Part shown: piece after piece, positions 36,221 through 47,165 of the stretch | Layout: each line of letters starts with the position of its first letter | Position numbering within the stretch: position 1 is the first letter of the stretch | NCBI GenBank assembly: GCA_002269645.1 | Contig: NIVC01000793.1 | Span: 124,001 to 188,000, forward strand | Source: Macrostomum lignano | Taxonomy: Eukaryota | DNA: 64,000 bases | Direction of reading: 5' to 3' | Translations under genes and position numbers: made by a program | Notes under the pieces: model-generated | What the model saw: only the letters and a program-made list of their open reading frames with translations | Told to the model about the DNA's origin: nothing | Database searches by the model: none

Positions 36221-36645
36221 TAGCTATCCCTAGCTATCCCTAGCTATCCTGTGGGACTGTCAAACAATCCACTGGTCCGACGGATTGCTAAGATTAGCTG
36301 GGGGTAGTTAGGAATAGCTAGTGATAGCTAAGGTTAGCTAGGAATAGTTATGGATAGTTAACGATAGCTAGGGACAGCTATGGTCAGGTAGAGATAGTTA
36401 GTGATATCTAGGAATGGTTAGGAATACCTAGAGATAGCTAGGGATAGCTAGAGATAGCTAGGGATAGCTTGTGATAGCTTGGGATAGTTATGGAAAGCTA
36501 GGGATACCTATATTTAGCTAGGGATAGCTTGGGATAGTTAGGGAAAGCTAGGGATAGCTTGGGATAGTTAAGGAAAACTATATTTAGCTAGGGATAGCTT
36601 GGGATGGTTAGGGAAAGCTAGGGATAGGTATGTTAAGCTAGGGAA
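36221..36645. repeat. Degenerate 10-bp repeat (GGGATAGCTA)n with an inverted short block at the left
   Basis: TAGCTATCCC x3 at 36221-36249 is the reverse complement of the main array at ~36310-36645. Confidence 0.8.
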
Positions 36646-37216
36646 TTTATCGCATTCAGTCAGCTTGGTACGGAGCTGGACTTCGTGGCTCCAATCCAAG
36701 GCTCCAAGGCTCCAAATTTGATCAGTTCGTCGGGATTTGCTCTCAGAAAATGCCTGAGAATATTTTGCTGCATCTGCACACCGTTTGCTTCACAAATTTT
36801 TAAGTTAAATGCGACATTTCGACGAAAAATTAAGGCTCAGAATTATTTACCAAAAAGGCTATTAGGATTAGAAAACTCAAAATCAGGCTACAATTTACAC
36901 AATAATTAACTGCGCATTTGCCAGAGCAGAACGAGTATGCCTAGCTCATATAATGGATAAATAATCAGCGGTCCCAGTGCGTGACAACGATTGTCTGGCG
37001 AGCGCCGGTAATTTGCATTGTTTTTCTGTTTGACGATCCTAAAAACAATGCATTGTTTGTAGTAATGTATTGTTCTGCATAAAAATGCGAATAATGATCG
37101 TCAAATTGCTAAACAATGCATGTAGTGAAGTATAAGCTCAATTCGGTTTTCAATACGAGCTAAAAATAGAAAGTAAGAAAGCAATGAATTTTGTCCGGAC
37201 ATTAGAGGCCGTCTAT

Positions 37217-37895
37217 TGGCACTCAATCTGTCACACCGCTACTCTTCTAGCACCCAGTGTGTCACACCGCTGCCTCACTCTTCTTGCATCCAGTCTGTCA
37301 CACCGCTGCCTCACTCTTCTTGCATCCAGTCTGTCACACCGCTGCCTCACTCTACTGGCATCCAGTCTGTCACACCGCTGCCTCACTCTTCTTGCATCCA
37401 GTCTGTCACACCGCTGCCTCACTCTACTGGCATCCAGTCTGTCACTCCGCTGCCTCACTCTTCTTGCATCCAGTCTGTCACTCCGCTGCCTCACTCTTCT
37501 GGCACCCAGTCTGTCACACCGCTGCCTCACTCTTCTCGCACTCTATCTGTCACACCGCTGCCTCACTCTTCTCGCACTCTATCTGTCACACCGCTGCCTC
37601 ACTCTTCTCGCACTCTATCTGTCACACCGCTGCCTCACTCTCACTCTTCTGGCACCCAGTCTGTCACACCGCTGCCTCACTCTTCTGGCACCCAGTCTGT
37701 CACTCCGCTGCCTCACTCTTCTGGCACTCTATCTGTCACACCGCTGCCTCACTCTTCTGGCATCCAGTCTGTCACACCGCTGCCTCATTCTTCTCGCACT
37801 CAATCCGTCACACCGCTGCCTCACTCTTCTGGCACTCTATCTGTCACTCCGCTGCCTCACTCTTCTCGCACTCTATCTGTCACACCACTGCCTCT
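37217..37895. repeat. Minisatellite, 36-bp unit CTGTCACACCGCTGCCTCACTCTTCTGGCACCCAGT
   Basis: Direct tandem repeat of ~19 copies. Confidence 0.95.
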
Positions 37896-39107
37896 CTAAG
37901 CCACGCGATGTGCTTTCGCTTTCAGTCTGCTTTCCGACACCTGCAGCCCATAAGCTACGGCCCTGACAGGTATTTTGTTTATAAAGCGCTTAGCTGATAC
38001 AGACGCAGTTTGGTACCTGGAGAAGCTGCTAAACTGTAATCAGTGCGAAGCTGCACCCGAACTGTGCGTATCTGCAGTCAGCATCTCTAAACGGCTCCCT
38101 TATTTATCATTTGTTCGTTCGCAAAGCTCTACTGTGAAAGACCAGTTTTCAAAGGGCTGCACCGTTCCTTTTTATCCGAAAGCACTGCGAAATAGCTAAG
38201 CTTATAATCCAGTCTTAAGGCAAAAGTATCGAAATTTGTGAAAATTTGCCTTTACCCCGAGATCCGGTCTTGCAGTACTGGCTTTAATTGTTTATGACTT
38301 TTCAGCTTCTGCGTCAAAAGTCGTGATGCTTTGCAGAGCCTACAGCTTCATCAATATCGCAACTAGCGTGCGTGCAGCTTTTAACTAATTGCATACAGCA
38401 CGGTCTGGGTGCGTGTTAAGCTAAACGGTTGAAATTGTTGCGTGGGAAATTTATTATTCATGGCAATTAGCTATCTAATAAATTTTTTTTTTGGGACCTG
38501 TACACCCCCATGAATGCATGTCTGGCCTCTGTTTTGGAGCCAATCAACTATTGGAGTTGTTCCATAGACTGTGTTGCATGACATATATTGAGAAGCTCAA
38601 CTAAAGAAAGGAGGAAATGTCGCAATTACAACAATTACTAGAATGATGTTGAATCCTTGGTTGTTGCTGATGGAAATTTTAGTAATTAGTAATAGTTGAT
38701 TAAAATAAATGACATAAAAACATAAAAAACTTCTGTTTAAGCATAGCGAATGCTTGCGTTTGCATCCGCTCAAGCGTGCACGATTCCTATCAACAAAATA
38801 ACGCATGCATATACCAACCACTAGACCGCTTTTAGTACGACTTTCGTCAGCATGTTTTTCTATACAAGCTTATTCTGTGCATTTTCAGTAGGAAATTGGA
38901 TCTTAAGTCCGTTTAAAGTTTGGGCCTTTTACAGTATAATTGAACTTGTTAATTTTTCTACGATTTTACGCTCGTATAGCTCGTATATGGATGGAATCGA
39001 GGATGATTGAGGGCCGCATTGACGGCTGCTGATATAAATTCACGAGATCGAGTTTGCTCCGGCCCCGTTATAAAAATAGATGCTGAATATTGAAACCCGC
39101 TCCAACT

Positions 39108-41815
39108 ATGCAGACAGAGCTGTCAAGGAAACGGCAACTGCGGGCGTTCCGTCTGCATCAGCGGCTGACTGTCAAGGAATTTTTGGACAATTCGACCATT
39201 CATGGCTTGTGGAGGCTGCAACAGCAGCAGCAGAACGAGCAGTTGGAGGACACGGATAGGTAGGAAGACAATTCAATGCAGATAGAGTCAAGTAGAAAGC
39301 AAGTAAATAAGGTGACAACTCAAATTTGAAATTTGAGCACATTCAGGCGCGCCAATACTGTACGCAGGCGCGCACTCGTACACACGCTCACACCGGGTGT
39401 ACAGCGGCCCCTTGACTTTCTAATCTTCTCCGGACAATTTTCGTGCACAAGCCGCGAATGAATGAATTTCGACGCGCACGGAACCGAGCCTGAAGTCGTG
39501 CTGCGCGAGAGTCGGATGCGTTTTACCGCTGAGTTACTGTCCCTGCACGTCTTCTCTGACCCTCAATGCAGGGGTGGGCAAACTCTATCCGGCCCTCGGG
39601 TCCTTGGACACTTTAGAATGGCAATCCGGCCCGCTCAAGGTTTGCCTCTTCTCAGTTATCTCTCCTGCTCTCCTCTCATCTCCTCTCCTCTCCTCTCCTC
39701 TCCTCTCCTCTCCTCTCCTCTCCCTCTCATCTCCTCTCCCCTCTCCTCTCCTCTCTATTCTCCTCTCAGCTCCTCTACTCTACTGTCTCATCTCATCTCA
39801 TCTCCTCTCCCCTCTCCTCTCCACTCCTCTTATCTACTTTCTTCTCACTCATCTCTATTCTCATAGCCTCTTTCATCTCGCCCCTTACCTCCCCTCTCTT
39901 TTGTCATCTCTCATCTCCTCCTTCTTCTCTCTCCCCCATTCCCTCTCCTTTCCACTCTCAACTGGCCCGCAGCCATGAGCTGGATTTTTTATCAGGCCTT
40001 TGAGGTAAAGATTTTGCCGACCCCAGCCGTAATGTATTAATTTGTTATATTACGTGCAATAAAAAAATTGCCCACAGGTGTCAAAACACGGCGAATTCTG
40101 CTGTTTGTTTGCAAAGCCCTCAGCAGCGGAGGTGTAACAGTCGTCGCTTAGCTTGGCCCTGCCTTCTGGTGTGCACTTTTGCCAGCCTGTGCCTGCACCT
40201 GTCCCAGCAGGTGTCCGTCTACTATCGCTATCCGCTGCAATCGTCTACTCGCGAGCTGCCAAACGCTTTCCGTTTCCCCAGCGTCACCCTGTGCGAGGCC
40301 GGTCAGTCGCGCCTGTTCCGGCTGGCGACGCCTACGAGTCGAATCTTCAGCGACTTTGTACACCTCACTGGTTGGTTGCTCCACCTGGCATTGGAAGACA
40401 GCGGCCTGGAACTGCTGCCCGGCATTGCCAGCCGCGGTCTGCAAGCCAGGGACCTGATCATTCAGTGCCGATTGGACGGCGTCGAGTGCAGACCGGATGC
40501 GTTTCAGCGTTTCTATCATGGCCGACACGGGAACTGCTTCACTCTGGCCGGAGGCGACGGCAGCGGAGGGAGCAACGACAGCGGCCCGACGGTCGGCAAG
40601 GGGCTCAGCCTGGTGCTCTACTCGCCGGGTTCGGACCAGCACTATCGACACGCCTTGGAGATCGGCCGACGCCGCCCAGGCGACGGTCTGGAGACACTCG
40701 GCATCCTGGTCACCGCGCACGCAGTCGGTACGGCGCCGCACATAGACGAGGATGCGGTGCTGGCGGCCGTCGGACAGACAACCGCCATCGGGCTGCGGGA
40801 ACTCCAAACCGCTCTGTGCAATACGCCCGTCCGGCCTTGCCAAGCAACTGGCGAGTTTCGAACGCAGCTCGGTGGCAGCCGAGTCTATCGAACAACTTTG
40901 GCTGACCGGCTTGACTGGCGCTCTGCCGAGCACACGCTGGCTCGGTGCGGCTGCCTGCCGATTGGCCAGGCGCTGCCCGACCGACTGCTTGGGGGCGACT
41001 CCAGTCGTCCTCCTCGCCTGTGCGTTGATGCATTCGACATCGCCCGCGGCTTCGGCTTCTTTGAAGAGCTTCGAAGGGCCCGTCGGCGCGTGTGCAACAG
41101 TTCCTCGAGCGATGGCAGCTGGGACCGTCGGCCCTGCTTGGCTCGGCTGCTTTTGCGATCGCCGAGATTACGTCGCAACTGGGACGCTCTGCGCTGCTAT
41201 CAACTCGATGAAAGCCATCAGAACGAAGAGCCGATGGAAGACCAGTGCGAGTCTACCGCCTACCAGTTCCAGATATTCACTTCGGAGCTGCCCGATTCGG
41301 AGGACGCCAATGCCACGACTGGACGCTACGATGCCCGCCTGATCTTTCAGTCGCTGAGTGCCGCATTGGCTGCGGCGGTTGCCCAGCGCGAAGTGACAGC
41401 AGATGCAGCAGCGCCTCATTCCCTGCCAGCGGTTACGCACTCAGTTCAGGCCTTGGGTCTCCGTCCAGCCGACTGCGCTGCCATGGTCCGAAGAGCCTTC
41501 GCCAACGAGAGCCACTGCGCGTTGGTGCAGGAATTCGTGTCCAGGCACATGCTCCGGGTGCAGGTGTACCCAGTGAGCTTAGACGTGGCTCGCTTCGCCG
41601 AGGAGCGAAGTTACAGCGCAGTTGACCTGCTGTCACATATGGGCGGAATTCTGGGCCTCTGGATTGGCGCTTCGGTGGTGTCCCTGTGCGAGCTGCTTGA
41701 ATTGGTCGCCTTCCTCTGCGCTGGAGCCGTCGGTCTCGGCGCTGGCAGACGAGGGCTGCCCTGCCTGACCGACCAGTGGACCGAGATGAATGATAAAAAA
41801 ATAGAATCTAAGTAG
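39108..41815 (+). CDS. DEG/ENaC family (amiloride-sensitive/ASIC-like) ion channel subunit; exons 39108-39259 and ~40117-41815
   Basis: Exon 1 (not in the ORF track) has the conserved FLDNSTIHG. Exon 2 has TM1, FPSVTLC, HGRHGNCFTL, a Cys-rich thumb and LLSHMGGILGLWIGASVVSLCE (TM2 with GAS filter). The exact acceptor is inferred from phase. Confidence 0.9.
39569..40026. mobile_element. hAT-superfamily MITE with CT-rich interior, in the ENaC intron
   Basis: TIRs CAGGGGTGGGCAAA / TTTGCCGACCCCAG (12/14), subterminal GGCCC motifs, and flanking 8-mers CCTCAATG / CCGTAATG consistent with a decayed 8-bp TSD. Confidence 0.75.
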
Positions 41816-41875
41816 ATAGTAAGGCCTAACGGAGGATAAAAGTAAGACAGAATAGGACGAGACTTCACATGACAA

Positions 41876-42240
41876 GTACCATACAGGACGCGAAGAAGAA
41901 GACAGTACCGTATAGGATGCGACGAGAGAAGACAGTATCGTATAGGATGCGACGAGAGAAGACAGTACCGTATAGGATGCGACGAGAGAAGACAGTACCG
42001 TACAGGATGCGACGAGAGAAGACAGTGCCGCATAGGATGCGACGAGAGAAGACAGTACCGTATAGGATGCGACGAGAGAAGACAGTACCGTATAGGATGC
42101 GACGAGAGAAGACAGTACCGTATAGGATGCGACGAGAGAAGACAGTACCGTACAGGATGCGACGAGAGAAGACAGTACCGTACAGGATGCGACGAGAGAA
42201 GACAGTATCGTATAGGATGCGACGAGAGAAGACAGTATCG
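41876..42240. repeat. Minisatellite, 30-bp unit GTATAGGATGCGACGAGAGAAGACAGTACC
   Basis: Direct tandem repeat starting ~60 nt after the ENaC stop. Confidence 0.96.
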
Positions 42241-43274
42241 GGTAGGAAAAGATGAAAACTAAATTAGTAAAAGGGACAAGACTGGATTTGTTAAACTACT
42301 CTCAAGTCAAGCAACAAACGGGGCAAAAAAATAACATTTGCACATTTCTACTTTTATCAGCTAGTAGCGCTAATGCGACAGATACGCGTAATTGTGCAGT
42401 GCAGCGTGCCAGAGTGTGCATGTCAGACCCACTGTCATCTAATTTCGTAACCTCACTTTACTCGTCTGCTTCGACTGTTTTTCTGCCCCCAAGCACCGCA
42501 GTTCAAAGAGCACGCTGCCCTATTTACTGACCCTGCAGCATTGTAGAAAAACATCGGCACCATTCGTGACTCTGCGATAACCAAGGCAACAAAACTAAGT
42601 TAAATTTTCGTCTCAGATTGCAAATGGTTTTTAAGCAGACCGCATTTTATCTTTTATTTACTATAGGCTTAGATAAATAGTAGGTAAAGAGCTGACTGAA
42701 GTACTTCATGTGCTTTGAAGTACTCTCTTTTTGATATGCGTCATATATTAATAATCATTTTCATAACGCAATGTACTCTTCAAAAAAATCAAACCGCTTC
42801 AACTACGCAAAGAGTTGACCGGTTCTTTGTGTATGAAAAAAATGCCAATGCATTGTTTTTGAAAAATATGTTTATTAAGAATAAAAAACTTTGCCTTGAT
42901 AGTTTACGCAGATTATTAAGTCTAATGTCAATCTTTGGTACGATTGGGTCCAGCTGATAGAATAAAATGCCTTTTTAAAAAGTCTTGCTTATACGTGGCA
43001 AAATTGTATTCTATTTTTACATAAGCGCTTAGAACAAGGCATTATAAGCTGACGATACAAAATGTATAACAAATCAAAGTTCTATATCTGAATATTTTTC
43101 TGGAATAAGAACGAAATTCTTACGTATAGAAAGACAAGCTCTAAAAGTTTAGCGAGTTTGAACTGAATGGACGTAGGGTTGCTGCCCACTCGCAGCTTAA
43201 AAAACCAGTTACCTGTAAATGATATGACGATAAGCGAGTCCGACCCCACTAGCTGGTCTCTCCACGAGAGCTCG

Positions 43275-44811
43275 TCATCCTTGCAGAGCTTTGGCCAGAG
43301 TCTGCAGCTCATACTCGGCCGCCATCTCGATGAGTTCGGCCCGTCCGAAGTCGGCCGAGCCTCCGGCCAGGCAGTCGCACAGCAGCCGCTCAGCAGTGGC
43401 CAGCAGATGCGGCACCCGGAATCGAGACGCCAGGAGCAGCACCTGCTGCACATTGGTCGGCGTAACTCCGTACGTAGTTCCCGGATGCGTCAGCCTGGCC
43501 AGGAGAACCAGGTCCGAGTGGGCGGCGCCCTGAAGCACCAGTTCGCCAGAGTTGGCTGGCGCAGCCTCCAGCAAGTCGCGAATCGCCTCGGAGCAAAGTG
43601 CCACGATCTGGGGCACGCAGTACACGGGCCTCGTGTCGGCGCCGCTGTCGCCAACAAGACGGAGCGTCGCCAGCGGCGACCACTGGACTGTGAAGTCGGG
43701 CATAACGGCGCCCGTGGGCAGCTGCACTCGCGGCTGCTCTGATCGCCTCAACGCAGCAGCGGGAGGAGGAGCCACGGCTGCCTCGGCTGAGACCAGCTGC
43801 ACCAGCAGGTACACGTGGTGGTGGCCGGTCTTGGCCGACAGTTTGCAGTTCATCTCCTCCAGGCGGTAGCTGGCCACCTGGTCCACAACGTGCAACAGGT
43901 ACGGGCCCATCTCTTTTAGTTCGCCGCGAACATTCTGGTACACGACCTGTAATACATGACAGTACATTTGGAACTTTGATTGGCATCTACAGGTCATGGT
44001 TCTCATGCAAATTTCACAAAAGTACAGACTTTAAGATTCCTAAATATTTTAGGATTTTAAAAAAGCCTTTTATAAATTGGGGAGTATTATTAAGCTCGTT
44101 GCTAGCCAGAGAGTCTACTTGAAAATGCGTGTCAATTTGTTCAGAAGTCCACCAACTTTGGGGAATTTGAAATTTCAAGGCTGCAAAACCTCCATTCGAT
44201 CGTCGTTACAAAACCGTGAGGTGCATGCATTTTAGTTGGCTATACAAGTTTTTAAAAAATTATGGAAGTGTGTTGTAGTAGTAAAAATAAGAATCTAGGT
44301 TTGTGGAGCCCAAGTTGGCATGACCTCTGTTGTTATTCAAGCGTACTTTGTGGATTCAAACCTTGCACAGTAAATGAGCTGCCCGCAGCAGCTCGCCGTT
44401 CAGCCGCAACACGAGATCGAAGTGCGTATGCGGCGACATGCTGATGGTGCAAGCCTCGTCAACGGCCCTCTGCGCCTGTATGGACACGAACACGCCCTCC
44501 TGAGCCTTCTTCAGCGCCTGGGCAACTGCTGGATCCTCCACGCCATGCTGCGGCCTCGCCCCCGACGTGTCCGGGCTGGCCTTGGACAGCTGGTACTCCA
44601 CCGACCGGCCGGTCCGGGGCACCAGCACCTTCACCTGCAGCGGGTTGAGCATGATGCCGCGTATCGGCCGGCTGATGACGAACTTCACCGGCTTGCTGCT
44701 CGCCGCGCCGCTCCCACCCTGCGCAGACATCAGGGCGGAAATTCCGCCGCTGCGCGAATTGAAGGTTAACGTTGAAGACGTCTGCTGCGTTGTTGTCGAG
44801 CCGCTGTTCAT
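43275..44811 (-). CDS. BTB/POZ-domain protein with unassigned N-terminal domain; exons 44811-44362 and 43946-43275
   Basis: Phase-0 intron AAG|gtttga...ttacag|GTC joins two GC-rich ORFs. The C-terminus VYCVPQIVALCSEAIRDLL...TPTNVQQVLLLASRFRVPHLLATAERLL is BTB-like. Confidence 0.65.
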
Positions 44812-47165
44812 GTTGACTGCTTCCGAGCCTGCTATTCTAGTTAATACAGAGTCTTATATGCATTTAGCAGAGACGGAGTCGTGAGCGTGGACTAATTTGA
44901 GGTCTAGCACAATAAATGTCGAGTTGCAATGTACAACTGCTCTTTGCCCTTGCGTTACGCGGACACCCAGATATAGGGACTTGGAGGAGTGGAATGGAAC
45001 GAAAAGGTTTTACACTACAACCAGAGTTGCGCACTGCGTTTGTACACGCACACACGAAAATATGGGGCAGAGTTAGTGCAGTTGGCAAAACCTCAACCTC
45101 TCAAACTAAGTATCAGGGTCTGTTCTGGCAATGTACACAGGGACTGGACAGCGCGGTGGGCCGTGCTGATCTACGTACACTTTTCAGCAAACAGGTGTGA
45201 CTCTCTGGAAACTACTCGCTTCAAATTCTAACCCTCTCCATCGGCCCTAAAAGTTTTCTTAAAAAGCCAGCAAATATATCGTATATGTCTACTCGTACAG
45301 TAGTATATAAGGCAGACCAAGAGACACGAGAACACACTTTATGGGTCAGATTTTCAAGTCTTCTTTCGATATTCAAGTAGGGCGGCGCTCAAGGCCGCTT
45401 CACAATATCGCTAGTAGTTCCGCCGGTCAACATCGTCTAAATAAATTTAAAAAATGGGTCTGAAATAACTATGAATTGATTTGAGCAATATTTGGCAGTT
45501 GTGATAGTTGGAGTTTCCAGTTTTGTGCCAGATGGAGTTTCCAGTTGTGATAGTTGGGAGTTTCCAGTTGTGCCAGCAGGGCCATCGAAGCAGGACACTT
45601 CATTCCCACACGCTGCATTCTATACATATGCACAGTATATTACTACCAAGTAATACCAAGCAAACCGTGGTGGCATTAATGTAAAAAACTCCCACAGTGA
45701 ATTAGTTTGTCTAAAGTGTATATCAGGCAGTGCCTCTTCAACGCCTATAGCTCAGTGCTCAGCGTGGCCCTTGTCCGTTGTTGAATAGTGAATTCAGGTG
45801 TTGAAAAGCATGTTTACACAGGAACAGCGCCTGTGTAGGCACTCGTCGACAGTATCTCCCGGTGAATCGATTTGTTGAAATTCCATAATTTCCCTGGCGA
45901 GGACAACAATAGACTTGTTTCAATTCACTCTGTGTATTTGTCTCCGGAAATGTTTGTTTCAGAGCCTCTTCTTCAACAAGTGTTGGAGCAGAATTTTTTC
46001 AACTAAAATCGACGCTGAGCAGAGCAGAGGGAGCTTTTAAAGCCATAGAAGTGACTGGAAGTGGATTTTTAGATTTGCAAAAAAAATCGAACCTTTAGTT
46101 TTAGTTTGTTAATAGAACAAAAGTACTTTCACAACGCTTACGATTAATCTCGCAACAACGCAGTCTCCATCACGAAGTCCTTGCTAAAATTTATTTATTC
46201 GAGAAACTGCTGTATCGTCCCGTACTCATAATCTTTTTTACACTAAATTCTCTTCAAAATTCCCTGAGCCAAATTTATAGGAGCGTAATTAGCATTTGAG
46301 GCCAACAATTAAACAGCTCTGACAAATTTGGCCGGGCCAGAACGGCCCATCCATCATGTGGAGTCTTGCCCCCCTCATTATATTTATCCTTTTTCCACCT
46401 GGGCGGCACCCCATCTGCATGCAGCCCTGCAGCCTCAGCTGCTGCCGCAGAAGCTCTTGAACTCGCCCTGGGACCCTCTCTTGTCCACCATATTCCGCAG
46501 CTTTAGACAAAGCCACAACCCACGCAAAAATCCTTTTCTGTAATTCATCGGTTGCCCCTACGTCAAACAGAATACACCACCCACTCCAGACCTGCTCGGA
46601 TGCTCTCTGTGCAGTCTATACCGGCTCCCAGCTGTTTGATTTGCTTTGGCAGATAAGCGGGAGTTTTTATATGAAAAAAATGCATGAATAAGGCTCTATT
46701 GTTTCCCTGAATTTACCTCAATCCCATTTTTAACCCAAAGCACACCCTATCCCCACGGTAACCAAGCGCGCGATGATGGCTGCTGGCTCAACTCCCCCCC
46801 CCCGCATGGCCTGGCCAATCGATGGATCCAGGATTAGAGTAGAGTGAACAAATATGCTCACCTGTGCGTACTAATTGCAATGCAAATAGAGGGGGCAGGA
46901 CAAAAATCTCTCAACCACTATGCAGCGGTTCTGAGCAACAGAAGGCTTCGAGCTTGGTATGTCGCTTATGAACGGTGGGTGGGTTTGGACTCTGGAGGGG
47001 GTTGGGAGCTTGGGATTCCTCGGGGATTTACAAGTGGCTGGCATTGTTGGTAGCAACCGAAATAAATATTGAAGGTTTTCCTCAGCGAAATAAAGGCAGC
47101 AACCGATGCGGTTTAGATATTCTTTCTGGCTCGTTCTCCCGTCTCTGCTACCGCATTCTGATACG

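Noticed and set aside
37184-37997. Repeat ORFs ([17 protein letters not shown])
   Set aside because: 36-bp minisatellite open in all three forward frames.
39069-39075. TATAAAA upstream of the ENaC ATG
   Set aside because: Common by chance in this composition, and the TSS is unknown.
45700-45950. Faint resemblance of a minus-strand frame to a hAT dimerisation domain
   Set aside because: Interrupted by stops, with key ER.FS residues missing; too weak without a search.
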